A stretch of DNA of 64,000 nucleotides from Candidatus Bathyarchaeota archaeon (GCA_963815095.1 CAWFFH010000004.1:96001-160000), one strand, 5' to 3'. Shown: positions 20,170 to 31,183, counted from the stretch's first letter. Program-made: numbers and translations. Notes: generated by a model not told the origin, from the sequence alone.

Positions 20170-20991
20170 ATTCAGACATTACAAGCAACCCTGATATGTG
20201 CAAACATTGCAGTTTCCTTAGGCGTCTTATTCTACGCATCATGGAGCGACTATAAAACACGCGAAGTCAGCAACCGCGTCTGGGCAATCTATGCGCCCAT
20301 CGCGCTCAGTTTGTCTTTGCCTGAGTTGCTTTTGTTTGAGCCTTCGCAGCTGCCTCTCTATGGTTTGAGTGTGGGCATAACTGTGGGCTTAGCGTTTTTG
20401 TTGTTTTACGCTGGCGGTTTCGGCGGCGCAGACTCTAAAGCCTTAATGTGCATTGCCCTTGCCCTGCCTTTTGCTCCCTTAACATTATTCACGCCCATAT
20501 TAGCGGGGGCAGTATCGCCGACTTCAAGAATCATATTCCCAATAACAATATTTGGCAATGCAGTTCTCTTCGCAGCAGCAAGCGGAATATACATGATATT
20601 ACGCAACGTGAACTGGCATAAAAAAACCAAAACCAAAATGTTCCCTGGCACTCTTGCATCCGAGTCTATTGGAAAAAAGTTTCTTGTGCTAATTACTGGT
20701 TATAAGATGAGTGTTTCCAAGCTGAAGGCGAAATGGCATATTTTTCCTTTAGAGGACGTTGATGACCAAGTCGTTAACTTAAAACGTAAGCTGATGATTG
20801 TGCCAAATGATGAAGGGCGTGAAAAAATTGTGGAACGTTTATCCAAAGCTGCGGAAGAAGGCAAAATTGACGATTACGTTTGGGCGTCGCCTGGGTTGCC
20901 TATGTTAATTTTTGTTACTTTAGGCTTGATTGTTGCTTTGTTTCTGGGTGATTTTGTATGGTTGCTGGTTAGGTTTGTTTTGGGTGCTTAA
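20170..20991 (+). CDS. Prepilin peptidase (A24, FlaK/PibD-like)
   Basis: GGFGGADSKAL and WASPGLP motifs; the in-frame extension upstream of 20311 carries the first catalytic Asp (SWSDYKTREVSN); probable ATT start at 20170. Confidence 0.88.
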   Translation: MQTLQATLICANIAVSLGVLFYASWSDYKTREVSNRVWAIYAPIALSLSLPELLLFEPSQLPLYGLSVGITVGLAFLLFYAGGFGGADSKALMCIALALPFAPLTLFTPILAGAVSPTSRIIFPITIFGNAVLFAAASGIYMILRNVNWHKKTKTKMFPGTLASESIGKKFLVLITGYKMSVSKLKAKWHIFPLEDVDDQVVNLKRKLMIVPNDEGREKIVERLSKAAEEGKIDDYVWASPGLPMLIFVTLGLIVALFLGDFVWLLVRFVLGA

Positions 20992-21000
20992 ACCTAAAAT

Positions 21001-21228
21001 TTATTGAATTAAATTTTTGCTTCGTTTTTGATAAGAAATTGATGCGGTAACCATAGAAAGTGAGCCAACACCGACAAACGCAAGTGCAATTCCGCGATAT
21101 GGGTAAGCTAAACTTAGGTTTAAAGCGGTGCTGTCTCCAATGCCGGTTTGGTATGAATAGAAAAACATTGCTACAGCGAACAATGTAATCGATGCCACTA
21201 ATAGACTAACCTCTGTTTTGAACTTCAA
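21001..21228 (-). CDS. Small 2-TM membrane protein
   Basis: Two hydrophobic helices, YPYR loop, basic tail. Confidence 0.65.
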   Translation of the reverse strand: MKFKTEVSLLVASITLFAVAMFFYSYQTGIGDSTALNLSLAYPYRGIALAFVGVGSLSMVTASISYQKRSKNLIQ

Positions 21229-21323
21229 ACTCCCCTATCTCCCCGTCTATGTATTATGAATTCATACTTTAAATCAAAAGGTTATTTTAGCTTTTTGGAA
21301 AATACATCTTAAGGATTCAACTT

Positions 21324-22406
21324 ATGACTTTAACTGAATGCATAAAAGAACTTCAAAGTTTTCTGGAAAGAAACCAAGAGGAATGCAGAGTTGTTGTCTT
21401 GCCTGATTTTTTTCTGGACAGAATCGTAAACCTGGAATGGGATGCTGCTGAGTTTTCGGGTCGAGTTGCTGAGGTGGCGAAGCGGAAAGGAGGCAGCTTA
21501 GATGGAATCTCCCAAACTGATCAGCTAGGAGGAAACGCACTCAACGTCGCGTCAGCGCTATCCCAATTAGGCGCCAAGGTAACGCCCATAGTTTGCACAA
21601 GCGAATTTGGTCTCCAACAAATCAAATACCACTTCAAAAACATAACACTCGATACCTCACATATAAAGACGCATGAGAAAGCCTCAGTAACGACCGCTCT
21701 GGAATTCAAAAACCAAAATGAGAAAACAAACGTAATGCTTCGGGATTTAGGAGCATTGGCTGATTTTGGGCCCTCAAATCTCAACGAAAGCGATTACGAT
21801 TTAATTGAAGCAGCGAATTATGTATGTCTTTTCAATTGGGCTGGAACTTTGAAGTTCGGTACAGACCTAGCTCAAGCCGTTTTTGAGCGGGCAAAACGGA
21901 ACGGCAAGGGCAAAACTTACTGCGATACTGCCGACCCAACTCCAAACACTGAAGTTATTCCCGATTTGATGGAGAAGGTTTTGAAAACTGATAAAGTGGA
22001 CATTTTGAGTTTGAACGAGAATGAAGCGATAACTTATGCGAGCTTGCTTGATTTAAGTTTGAAGGAGAATCAGGCGCATTTGGTGTTTACAGAATTAGCG
22101 ATGAATGCTGCACGTGTCTTAGCTAAGCATTTGCCTGCTAGAATCGATTTGCACACGAGGGCTTTTTCTGCTAGTTTGAAGGGAAAACATGAGATTGTGG
22201 TTCCAGCGTTCAAAGTTAAGACTTTGCGTGCAACCGGCGCTGGCGATGCATGGTGTGCAGGCAACATCTTAGGCAACCATAATGGATTCTCCGACGAATG
22301 CCGTCTAATGTTAGCAAACTCTGTTGCCGCATGCTACCTATCGGATCCAAATGGGCAACATCCAACCAAACAAAAACTTGCAGATTTCCTTAGAACACAT
22401 CTTTAG
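21324..22406 (+). CDS. PfkB-family carbohydrate kinase
   Basis: GGNALNVASAL, LNENEA, TGAGDAW. Confidence 0.85.
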   Translation: MTLTECIKELQSFLERNQEECRVVVLPDFFLDRIVNLEWDAAEFSGRVAEVAKRKGGSLDGISQTDQLGGNALNVASALSQLGAKVTPIVCTSEFGLQQIKYHFKNITLDTSHIKTHEKASVTTALEFKNQNEKTNVMLRDLGALADFGPSNLNESDYDLIEAANYVCLFNWAGTLKFGTDLAQAVFERAKRNGKGKTYCDTADPTPNTEVIPDLMEKVLKTDKVDILSLNENEAITYASLLDLSLKENQAHLVFTELAMNAARVLAKHLPARIDLHTRAFSASLKGKHEIVVPAFKVKTLRATGAGDAWCAGNILGNHNGFSDECRLMLANSVAACYLSDPNGQHPTKQKLADFLRTHL

Positions 22407-22471
22407 CAATGTGCCAAATTCTTTTTTAAGTCAACCCCACACACTACCATGCTATAACAGGTGTAGATTTA

Positions 22472-23833
22472 ATGGGTAAGCTGTTCGGAAGCTCAGGTGT
22501 TAGAGGGCTGGCAAATGTTGACTTAACCCCCATCTTAGCGTATAAGGTTGCATCAGCAGTTGCAACGCATGCGCAAGCCAAACGGGCTTTGATTGCCCGA
22601 GATACGCGAGTTTCAGGCGGCATGCTTGAAGACGCCTTGGTTTCAGGTTTAGTTTCATGTGGCGTAGATGTTTTGCTTTTGGGTATGGTGCCGACGCCTG
22701 TTTTGGCTTATGTCACTAGAGTATTGGGTGCGGATGTTGGTTTTATGCTTACTGCTTCCCATAACCCGCCCCAGTACAACGGAATAAAAGTTTTCAAAGC
22801 TGACCTATCGTATACCGATGAGAACCAGGATTCGGTGGAAAGAATCGTTGCTAATGGAAATTTTGCATTGGCAAATTGGCGAAGCCTCGGCAAAGCTTCG
22901 TCTGCCGATGCGGGACAGATTTACCTCAATATGGCACAACAAGCCGTTTCACTAAAAAAACACTGGAAAGTCGTTGTCGACCCCGGATGCGGCGCCGCAT
23001 TCAACATTGCCCCACAAATGCTCCAAGTTTTAGGCTGCAAAGTAACCGCCCTAAACGCCCAACCTGACGGCTATTTTCCAGCTAGAAAATCTGAACCAAC
23101 AGCTGAATCACTACAGGTTCTCACAAAAACAGTTAAAGCCCTCGGAGCCGACATTGGCATAGCTTTTGATGGAGATGCTGATCGAGTTGCATTTGTGGAC
23201 GAAAACGGAGTTTTTGTGAATTTTGATCGTTCATTAGCTGCTTATGGAGCTTTGGCTCTCAAGCGCAATGGCGGCGGAACAGTAGTTACCAATGTTGAGG
23301 CTTCAATGTGCGTTGAAACGATGGCGGAAAAGTACGGCGGCAAAGTCATCCGAACAAGAGTTGGAGACATTTACGTTTCTGAAGCCATCAAACGGGACCA
23401 TGCAGTTTTCGGAGGTGAGCCATGCGGCGCATGGGTACATCCACAGCTGCATTTGTGTCCCGATGGACCTATTTCTGCAGCCTTGTTCCTTACGGCGTTA
23501 GAGGAAGAAGACAAAAGCGTCTCTGAATTCATCGGAGAAGTGCCTGAATACATTACAATTCGGGAAAACATCGCCTGCAAGGACGTACAAAAATACAGCT
23601 TGGTGGAACAACTTGGTAATGCCCTAAAAACCGCATTTCCAGAGCACACAGATTTCAGTGCAGTCGACGGCGCAAGATTAGCGCTCAAAAATGGCTGGCT
23701 CCTTGTCCGCGCTTCAGGCACGGAACCCCTAATCCGCTTAACAGTCGAAGGCGAATCGGTGCAAGCGGCAAAAGATATAACCCAAAAGGCAACAGCACTA
23801 ATACACAAACAAATCGAGGCACACTTGAAATGA
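22472..23833 (+). CDS. glmM: Phosphoglucosamine mutase / phosphohexomutase
   Basis: LFGSSGVRG, TASHNP, DGDADR, RASGTEP. Confidence 0.88.
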   Translation: MGKLFGSSGVRGLANVDLTPILAYKVASAVATHAQAKRALIARDTRVSGGMLEDALVSGLVSCGVDVLLLGMVPTPVLAYVTRVLGADVGFMLTASHNPPQYNGIKVFKADLSYTDENQDSVERIVANGNFALANWRSLGKASSADAGQIYLNMAQQAVSLKKHWKVVVDPGCGAAFNIAPQMLQVLGCKVTALNAQPDGYFPARKSEPTAESLQVLTKTVKALGADIGIAFDGDADRVAFVDENGVFVNFDRSLAAYGALALKRNGGGTVVTNVEASMCVETMAEKYGGKVIRTRVGDIYVSEAIKRDHAVFGGEPCGAWVHPQLHLCPDGPISAALFLTALEEEDKSVSEFIGEVPEYITIRENIACKDVQKYSLVEQLGNALKTAFPEHTDFSAVDGARLALKNGWLLVRASGTEPLIRLTVEGESVQAAKDITQKATALIHKQIEAHLK

Positions 23834-25107
23834 AAGCTGTTCTTTTAGCGGCCGGTGCGGGCGAAAGACTTATGCCTATAACGGCAACTCGCCCCAAGCA
23901 CCTCATTAAAGTCGCCGGAAAACCGATTTTGCAGTTCTGTTTGGAAGCCGTTAAAAATGCGGGAATTACTGAAGCGATAATTGTTACTCATTATATGGGT
24001 GAGGCTATCCATGGTTACTTTGGAAATGGCGAAAAGCTCGGGTTAAAAATAAGCTATGTGGAGCAAAAAGCGATTTTGGGCACTGGCAACGCAGCAGAAG
24101 TTGCTGAGCCATATGTCGATGGCGATTTCGTTTTAATCTATGGCGATTTGCTTTTTGGTCAAGACGCAGTAAAAGATGTAGTATCTTCGTTTAGGAAAGG
24201 AAAAACAGCGGCAGTCATGGCAGTGGTTCCAGTTGAAAGACCGGAAAACTATGGTATAATTGAGCACGACACAGAAGGAAAAGTTAAGCGTATAGTGGAA
24301 AAACCAGCCGCTGGAAAAGCGTCTTCGAATCTTGCAAATGCGGGAATTTACGCTTTCTCAAAAGATGTCTTCGATAAAATTAAACAAACTACAACATCAA
24401 TCCGCGGCGAATGGGAGCTAACCGACGCTATAACATTGCTTGCCCAAGACGGTAAGACAGTTTTGGCAGCCCAACTTAGCAAAGACGACTGGTTTGATGT
24501 GGGCAGACCTTGGGATTTGCTTGACGCTAACGTTTGGGCGCTTAAACGCATGGACCACAAAGTTCTGGGAACAGTGGAGCAGGGGGCGCATTTGATTGGT
24601 CCAGTATCTATTGCTGAATCTGCCCGGGTTCGCTCGGGCGCTTACATCGAAGGACCAGTTTTTATAGACGAAGAAGCCGACATTGGACCAAATTGTTACA
24701 TCCGCTCAGGCACAAGTCTTGGGAAAAAAACCCGCGTTGGAAATAGTTGTGAAATCAAAAACAGTATCTTAATGGATGGTACCCACGCGGGACACTTATC
24801 CTATGTTGGAGATAGCATTCTGGGCGAAAAATGCAACCTTGGTGCAGGCACTATAATTGCTAACTTGCGCTTCGACGACGGCTGCATCAAGATGATGGTT
24901 AAAGACAAACTGGTGGACACGGGTCGACGAAAACTCGGTGCAATTCTCGGAGACAATGTGAAGACTGGGATAAAGTCGCTGTTTATGCCCGGAGTAAAAG
25001 TAGGCGCAAACACTTGGGTCGGAGCCAACTTCATGGTTGAACGTGACCTCCCAGCAAACACAATAGCATTACTAAAACAAAACAATGAAATAAAACATAA
25101 GAAGTAG
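23830..25107 (+). CDS. glmU: Bifunctional sugar-1-phosphate nucleotidyltransferase/acetyltransferase (archaeal GlmU-like)
   Basis: LAAGAGERL..RPK N-domain; hexapeptide repeats with HLSYVGDS; TGRRKLGA. Confidence 0.87.
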   Translation: MKAVLLAAGAGERLMPITATRPKHLIKVAGKPILQFCLEAVKNAGITEAIIVTHYMGEAIHGYFGNGEKLGLKISYVEQKAILGTGNAAEVAEPYVDGDFVLIYGDLLFGQDAVKDVVSSFRKGKTAAVMAVVPVERPENYGIIEHDTEGKVKRIVEKPAAGKASSNLANAGIYAFSKDVFDKIKQTTTSIRGEWELTDAITLLAQDGKTVLAAQLSKDDWFDVGRPWDLLDANVWALKRMDHKVLGTVEQGAHLIGPVSIAESARVRSGAYIEGPVFIDEEADIGPNCYIRSGTSLGKKTRVGNSCEIKNSILMDGTHAGHLSYVGDSILGEKCNLGAGTIIANLRFDDGCIKMMVKDKLVDTGRRKLGAILGDNVKTGIKSLFMPGVKVGANTWVGANFMVERDLPANTIALLKQNNEIKHKK

Positions 25108-25168
25108 ACTAATCTTAGTTCAAATATCTTTACTGACTCCGGAAAGTCGGCTATTTTGTCTGTTTAGG

Positions 25169-26464
25169 CTATCCAATGTTGGTGCTGGTGCTTAGCAATT
25201 GTACATCTGATACTTCTCCTGTGTCAGCGTAAATTCCAATTGCAACTTGATTGTAGCCCCCCGCATAGGTTTGGGTAAGGGTCATTTCAATGTACCAGTA
25301 TGGAATGAGTGCAAGTGAATTGCCTCTTGGGTGAGGAGTTAATTGAACCGACGATGGGGGGTCTATAACGCTAAAGCCAGAGGTTGGTGTGTTCCCAATG
25401 GTGTAGGTTAATGTTTTTACGTAGTTTTCGGCTGTCTCTATTGCTTGTTGTTGACTAACAGCCATGTCAGTGCTTCCGACGGTAAATAGGAAATAGCCGT
25501 CTGACATAAGGGTTAATACATTGTTTTGAAAGGTCATCTGTAATCCTTTGGCTTGATAATCGATGCCATTTTGAGTGTACATCCAAAGAAATGTATCAGT
25601 GTCCCCTGAAGCAGTAATCTGCAACTTCACGTTGCCCTGAGTTACGTTCATGTTACTTATCGTGCTAACGGTTGCTAAAAGGTTAGTCATATTGGTTAAG
25701 TATGAATCGCCAAAATATGTCCAGTACCGAGAGAGGACATATTTCGCGTTCTGCAAAACATCGTTGGGCTGAGCCTGAGTATAGATTGGAGAGCTTTCAA
25801 TCAAGTTAAGTTCATACCTTGAGAAATGATTATTTCTGTAACGCAAATATGCGTTCAGGTCGCTTATGCTACTCTTTAGCGAGTACTGTATGACTTCTTC
25901 AGCGACACCCCCAAAATCCGTTCGCCACTGCCAAGTATCACCCATTAGTGAAATTGTGTAGTTTTTCGTATCGATTTGCGTTAGATTTGTAAGAAAATTA
26001 GCTACTTTATCTGACCCTATACCCCAAGAAAGTAATTGCTGGTTTTCGGCAATAGCCGCGTTCTGAGTGCTCGAGATATTATTTATTGCGTTATTCTGAT
26101 ATACGGATAAGCTGGATAGAAGAATCACTGCTATCAGCAGTACTCCGAAAATAGTTTTCCATCTAAAAGTCATCAACCTACGTTTAGGTTCTTTTTCACG
26201 TACTTCTTCTATACCCTTCATAGCATTTATTGTGGCCACTCCAAAAGCGGAGAGTCTGTATTGCTCGTTATCCATTTTAGAAATCAGTTCGCCGAGACTT
26301 TCCAAATGATAAGTCAAATTTGGACTTGAAACCCCGAGTTCCTCAACCATCTCCATAAAACTCATGGGCTTGTTTGCAAGCATCCGAAGAATTTTACGTC
26401 TAATAGGATGTTTTAGAGAGGCAAACATTACTGAGTAGATTTCGTCTTCGTGAGAGCCAGCCAT
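25169..26464 (-). CDS. Membrane-anchored ArsR-type winged-helix regulator with a large extracellular domain
   Basis: SLKHPIRRKIL..LTYHLESL wHTH; one TM at about aa 103-121; N/T/Y-rich C-domain. Confidence 0.8.
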   Translation of the reverse strand: MAGSHEDEIYSVMFASLKHPIRRKILRMLANKPMSFMEMVEELGVSSPNLTYHLESLGELISKMDNEQYRLSAFGVATINAMKGIEEVREKEPKRRLMTFRWKTIFGVLLIAVILLSSLSVYQNNAINNISSTQNAAIAENQQLLSWGIGSDKVANFLTNLTQIDTKNYTISLMGDTWQWRTDFGGVAEEVIQYSLKSSISDLNAYLRYRNNHFSRYELNLIESSPIYTQAQPNDVLQNAKYVLSRYWTYFGDSYLTNMTNLLATVSTISNMNVTQGNVKLQITASGDTDTFLWMYTQNGIDYQAKGLQMTFQNNVLTLMSDGYFLFTVGSTDMAVSQQQAIETAENYVKTLTYTIGNTPTSGFSVIDPPSSVQLTPHPRGNSLALIPYWYIEMTLTQTYAGGYNQVAIGIYADTGEVSDVQLLSTSTNIG

Positions 26465-27291
26465 ACCATTTTATTGTTTGGGTTGCATAAAAAATTATGC
26501 ACTTTTCGCTAGACCTGATCAATTAAAAAATGCGAGCAGTTTAGATTTCAAGTGCATAGCATAGATAAAACATTGTAGAAGCCAAAAAAGAACTAAATTA
26601 TTTCAGGAGTATGTAGGTTAACCCTTGGCGCTAAGTTTTTGGTTTCTATTTAAATCAAAGATAAATAATCCGTTCCACCGATTAACCTAATTCATGTTTT
26701 CATCGGTTATTACCACCCTGCTATATGATGTTAAGAGCTTAAACGCTCTTCGATGATAGGTTGATTCATAAACAATTTTATGCAACGATCTAAAATAGGT
26801 TGTCAAAGTGAATTTTGGCATTGTTAATCTTGTGCTATGCCTGAACGAAATAATGCTATTTTAGAAAGCGTAAATAGACGGTTACTTTGTGGGTTAGAAA
26901 AATAGGCTGATATGTTGATTGTAATTCCACACTAATGCCCAGTTACCTCCCGCACAACATCCCTTTTTCCAATAAGCTTGTTAGGAAAAAAATGATTAGA
27001 GGTCTTTTCCGGTTTTCCTATTGCACAGAGAAAAATAGAAGGAATGAAAACTTATTTTCTTGATTGCGTAACATGTTGCAGTTATTATTCTTCCATTATT
27101 TTTTCAAGATCGCCTATCTCTCGGCATTAATTTTATCCTAAGTCGGTGGAACTCAATGTCATATAGTTCCTTCTCGAGCCGTTTGAGGTCAAAGTCGGTA
27201 TCTGCCTTTAGGTTTAGAAAAATTGTTAGAAAATTACAACAGAGCTTTAATAGTTCTTCATCACAACAAGAATAGACGGTGTGTTCAACGT

Positions 27292-29073
27292 ATGAACAGG
27301 TTACGACTGGTAGCAGTAATTGTTTGCACAACTTTTATTCTTGGCTCAGTTTTGATTCCTTTAGCCAGTTCTGACTGGATAATGTTCCATTCCGATCTGT
27401 CCCGCATCGGCGTTGGGACAGGCAATCCAGTGATTACTTCCACGCTTTTCTGGAAATATACCTCTTTCTCTGATGGCAATGGTCGAGTGTATTCATCTCC
27501 TGCTGTTGTCAACGGTGTAGTCTACGTGGGAGCAGAGTACTTGAAAACAATTAATAGATATAATACCATAGATTTCGGCAGCGTTTTTGCTTTGAACGCT
27601 GCAAACGGTGAAAAACTCTGGAATTACACTATTGGAGCAGTTGGTCAATCTTCTCCTGCAGTTGTTAACGGCGTTGTCTATATAGGCTCCATCGATCGTA
27701 ACGTTTATGCTTTGAATGCAACAACCGGAAACCAACTCTGGAATTACACAACCGGCGGCGCCCTTTATTCGTCTCCTGCTGTTGCCAACGGCATCGTTTA
27801 CATTGGCTGTACTGATGGGAACGTTTATGCTTTAGATGGTGCAACTGGAATAAAACTGTGGATTTCTCCAGCAGGACCCATAAGTTCAGTTACCAATCCC
27901 TTTCCAGGAAGCATGGTGTATTCGTCTCCTGCTGTTGTCAACGGCGTGGTATACATAGGAGCAGCAACATTCACCGATGGATCAGGAACACATTATTATG
28001 GTGGTGTTTATGCTTTGAACGCTGCAAACGGAAATATGATATGGAACTATACCACTATCAGTTATATTCACTCGTCTCCTGCAGTTGTTGGGGGCGTCGT
28101 CTACATAGCCTCCATGGACGGCATTGTTTATGCTTTAAACGCTGCAACTGGAACAAAGCTATGGAGCTATCAGACAGGTAGCGGAATCGAATCTTCACCT
28201 GCCGTTGCATACGGCATAGTTTACTTAGGCGCCTATGACGGAAATGTTTATGCAGTAAACGCACACGATGGCAATCTACTCTGGAAATACGACTCTGGAG
28301 ATCCTACAAGCCAGATTTTTTGGTCATCTCCCGCTGTAGTGGATGGTGTAGTTTACATTGGTTATGGGTTTAACGCTACGCCGGAAACAAGGGATGGCAG
28401 CATTTGCGCTTTAGATGCCTATAGCGGATCAAAACTTTGGAATTACACAACTAGTGATATTCTATATTCTTCCCCCGCTGTTGACAACGGTGTGGTTTAC
28501 GTAGGCTCTATAGATGGCAATGTTTACGCTTTTGGAAGTTCTCCGGCTCCAACACCTACGTCCACTGCGTCACCAACGCCATCTCCTTCCCCACAACCAA
28601 CTTCAACTCCAACATCGACTCCTAGTCCCAACCCAACTCCAACTCCTACCCCAACCCCTTCTCCTTCTCCTTCTCCAACTTCAACTATAAACCCAACAGC
28701 CACTCCTTCACCAACAGCAAACCCAACACCTACAACAACTCCAACTTCCAACCCAACCACAACCCAAACACCAACCCCAACTCCGACACCCCCTCCAACT
28801 CCTACAATCAGCCCAAATGAAACTCCAATAACCACCTCAACTCCCATACTCAGCCCAACCCCAACATTTATGGCGACCCCCTCACCAACTCCAACAAACC
28901 CGGCGCCTACCCCGAGTCAGATTGTTACGGATACACCAACTTTAACCGAAACGGAATCTACAATTTCCCTGATGTACGTCAGCGTGGCAGTGACAGTTAT
29001 TGCAGTAGCGACAATCGGAATATTGCTTGGACTGACAATTCTTCGGAAGCGAAAAAGACTTAATGAGACGTAA
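27292..29073 (+). CDS. PQQ-like beta-propeller surface protein with Pro/Thr/Ser stalk and C-terminal TM anchor
   Basis: Signal peptide; repeated SSPAV.NGVVY.GS.DG.VYAL.A..G..LW units; PT-rich linker; TM followed by RKRKR. Confidence 0.88.
   Translation: MNRLRLVAVIVCTTFILGSVLIPLASSDWIMFHSDLSRIGVGTGNPVITSTLFWKYTSFSDGNGRVYSSPAVVNGVVYVGAEYLKTINRYNTIDFGSVFALNAANGEKLWNYTIGAVGQSSPAVVNGVVYIGSIDRNVYALNATTGNQLWNYTTGGALYSSPAVANGIVYIGCTDGNVYALDGATGIKLWISPAGPISSVTNPFPGSMVYSSPAVVNGVVYIGAATFTDGSGTHYYGGVYALNAANGNMIWNYTTISYIHSSPAVVGGVVYIASMDGIVYALNAATGTKLWSYQTGSGIESSPAVAYGIVYLGAYDGNVYAVNAHDGNLLWKYDSGDPTSQIFWSSPAVVDGVVYIGYGFNATPETRDGSICALDAYSGSKLWNYTTSDILYSSPAVDNGVVYVGSIDGNVYAFGSSPAPTPTSTASPTPSPSPQPTSTPTSTPSPNPTPTPTPTPSPSPSPTSTINPTATPSPTANPTPTTTPTSNPTTTQTPTPTPTPPPTPTISPNETPITTSTPILSPTPTFMATPSPTPTNPAPTPSQIVTDTPTLTETESTISLMYVSVAVTVIAVATIGILLGLTILRKRKRLNET
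28540..28930 (+). repeat. Low-complexity Pro/Thr/Ser coding repeat (stalk)
   Basis: Degenerate CCAAC(T/C) units encoding (PT/PS)n. Confidence 0.8.
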
Positions 29074-29193
29074 TGCTAATTGGTCAGTCTTTTGCCTGCA
29101 GTTTGCTACTAAAAGAAAATAACTATAATCGCAAAACGAGCATTCTCGCAGAAACACTGGCTAAATACTAAATGGAAAAGTTCTGATTAGTGT

Positions 29194-29433
29194 CTATATT
29201 ATTGACCGGATCAATCGTTGATAGATGTAAATGAAGTAAATTAGTGCGAAAACTGTGAGAACTATTTCAAATGATAATACTGTTGGGTTTGTCTCCACTG
29301 CTTTAAAGTACCCTTGGTAGAGTATGCTTGAAAAAGTTAATATTTGAAGGAATATTGCTCCGCTTATACAGCTTAAGCCTAAGCAGTGAAAGGCAATGTG
29401 GATTCTTCTGGTAAGGGTTGCATCAGTCGTCAT
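29194..29433 (-). CDS. Small 2-TM membrane protein
   Basis: 79 aa, two hydrophobic helices. Confidence 0.65.
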   Translation of the reverse strand: MTTDATLTRRIHIAFHCLGLSCISGAIFLQILTFSSILYQGYFKAVETNPTVLSFEIVLTVFALIYFIYIYQRLIRSII

Positions 29434-29894
29434 TAGTGTTCCTGTGAAATTCGGTTTTTTGAGGCTTATGCTTTATGAATTTCTAATCATTATTTCAGCT
29501 AACTCAAGAATTTTTATAGAAGAATGTGTTTTAGAGGACTTCAAACTTTATGGGACTAATAATATGCTCTCGAGTATTATTTTAGTTACAAATGTTTTTT
29601 TGCCTTTGATATGTATTTGTGTTGTTCTGTAGATATATTTCATATTTTATGGCTCAACTTGTTCATCTTTTGAGATGGCAGATTTTCCAATTGTTTGGAC
29701 TGCTCATCCAATTCCTTCAGCTTCTGATTCTTGTATTTACTTTCTTCCCAAATGTTTCAGAACTTGCGTTTTTTAGAAGAGTTGACAGTCGTTCTATTTT
29801 TTTGGCTCGTTTTTCTTTCAGTAGTTTCGGTGCGGCGTGCTAAAGATAAATAGTTGTAATGCAATTTCATGTACCAACCAAGGAGAAATAAAAG

Positions 29895-30320
29895 TTGTCT
29901 GTAGCGCAAAGAAAATATTTTACTGAAGTGGCTGCCTTAGCCGACAAAAACGTAGCCATCGTGACTAACAACGGAAAAATCTTCAACGGCACACTAGTCG
30001 GTATTAACCCCGACAACCTAAATTTAGTCTTAGCGGACGTAAAAGATGAAACCGGAAAACTCCTAATTCGCTTAGTAATCAACGGTTCAGCCGTCATCTC
30101 AGTATCAAGCGCAGAAAAACCATTCGATCTCAAATCCCTCGCAAACAGACTGGAGAAGGTTTTCCCAACTCTGGTAGAACTAAATGAGCAAGCTGGCTAC
30201 ATCGTAGTTATGCGCAAAGTAAAACTAACAGAAAAAGGTGTCGTCGAAGGTTCAGGTAGCCCAGCAGCTGACCGTGTCCAAAAAGTCTATGACACCTTCA
30301 TGAGCGAACCTAAAGCTTAA
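29895..30320 (+). CDS. Sm/Lsm protein with C-terminal domain (SmAP3-like)
   Basis: Sm fold (G..F.GTL.G....LNLVL.D, INGS.V) plus a C-terminal extension; AAGGAG SD. Confidence 0.85.
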   Translation: MSVAQRKYFTEVAALADKNVAIVTNNGKIFNGTLVGINPDNLNLVLADVKDETGKLLIRLVINGSAVISVSSAEKPFDLKSLANRLEKVFPTLVELNEQAGYIVVMRKVKLTEKGVVEGSGSPAADRVQKVYDTFMSEPKA

Positions 30321-30327
30321 AACTGCT

Positions 30328-31077
30328 TTAAATAAACCAGCGCAGTTGCTGCTCCTCTTTCTTCTTTTCTTCTGTTATACTCCGAATTACTCCAAATGAC
30401 TCTAACATGTTTTTGATTTCGTCACCGCTTACTTCCAGCCCTGACAAATCAACATCCAAATACAAGTATTTTCCCAATGTTAACAGTGCGTACCGTGCAG
30501 CATTCACATCTGGGTTCATTCCAGGTGTATCAACCAGAAGAGAGAAACCTTTCATGTCTCGAATCCCCGCCAGCCCAATCGATAACCCTGCTATCCCAAA
30601 TACATGTCCAACCATAACTTTTGTGCCTAAATCAAGCGCCTGTTGCATCGTTTCTAAATCCGTTGCTGTGCTATAAATGCCCGGCACTGCTTGCACTTCG
30701 TCTTTTTTGAAGCCGCCTATGGAAATTACGAATCGGCAGCCAAACTCTTGCGCTATATCTAGTACTTTTCCAACTAACTCGTATTGCCCAACTGTGGTTA
30801 ATGCCTGAGTGTTTCCATACCAAATGATGAGGTCGCGTTCGCCGTCCCGCTTTGCATAGTAGAGTTCGTTTATGGGTGTTCGGGCTCCGCCATCACCAGT
30901 GGTTATAGCAAAATCCTGGAATGATGAAGAAAATATCTGGGCAAACCGCGTCGCTTTGAGTTCTTTAATCAAATGTAGAGCTGCGATGTTAGCTACGTAT
31001 CCGATTCCTGGTAATCCTTCGATTAGGATGGGGTCGTTTAAGGTTGGTTTTTCGCTTATGTCAATTGAACAAACCAT
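30328..31077 (-). CDS. PAC2-family proteasome assembly chaperone
   Basis: LIEGLPGIGYVANIAA.HLI, G..Q, ISIGG. Confidence 0.85.
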   Translation of the reverse strand: MVCSIDISEKPTLNDPILIEGLPGIGYVANIAALHLIKELKATRFAQIFSSSFQDFAITTGDGGARTPINELYYAKRDGERDLIIWYGNTQALTTVGQYELVGKVLDIAQEFGCRFVISIGGFKKDEVQAVPGIYSTATDLETMQQALDLGTKVMVGHVFGIAGLSIGLAGIRDMKGFSLLVDTPGMNPDVNAARYALLTLGKYLYLDVDLSGLEVSGDEIKNMLESFGVIRSITEEKKKEEQQLRWFI

Positions 31078-31183
31078 GACTTTGCACTTCAGTGGAGTAT
31101 TTAGAGAAACATAGCGATATAAGGTTGCCTAACAAACGCTATGTTTTTTATAACCGAGCAGCGTTTCTTGTTTAGGTTTCACC

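Noticed and set aside
9375-20991. Archaellum operon
   Set aside because: No archaellin, FlaH, FlaF/G or chemotaxis genes.
26470-27290. Long intergenic region as ncRNA or gene (includes ORF 27104..27331)
   Set aside because: No convincing structure or motif. Fragmentary frames with many stops; at most a decayed relic.
27480-28930. Periodic repeats that could suggest a CRISPR array or VNTR
   Set aside because: They are degenerate in-frame coding repeats (propeller blades and PT stalk). There are no identical repeats with unique spacers and no cas genes.
29640-29870. Possible frameshifted coiled-coil ORF on the minus strand (MKLHYNYLSLARRTETTERE.../WEESKYKNQKLKEL...)
   Set aside because: It needs an assumed indel, has no recognisable motif, and its start is only about 25 nt from the divergent Lsm start.
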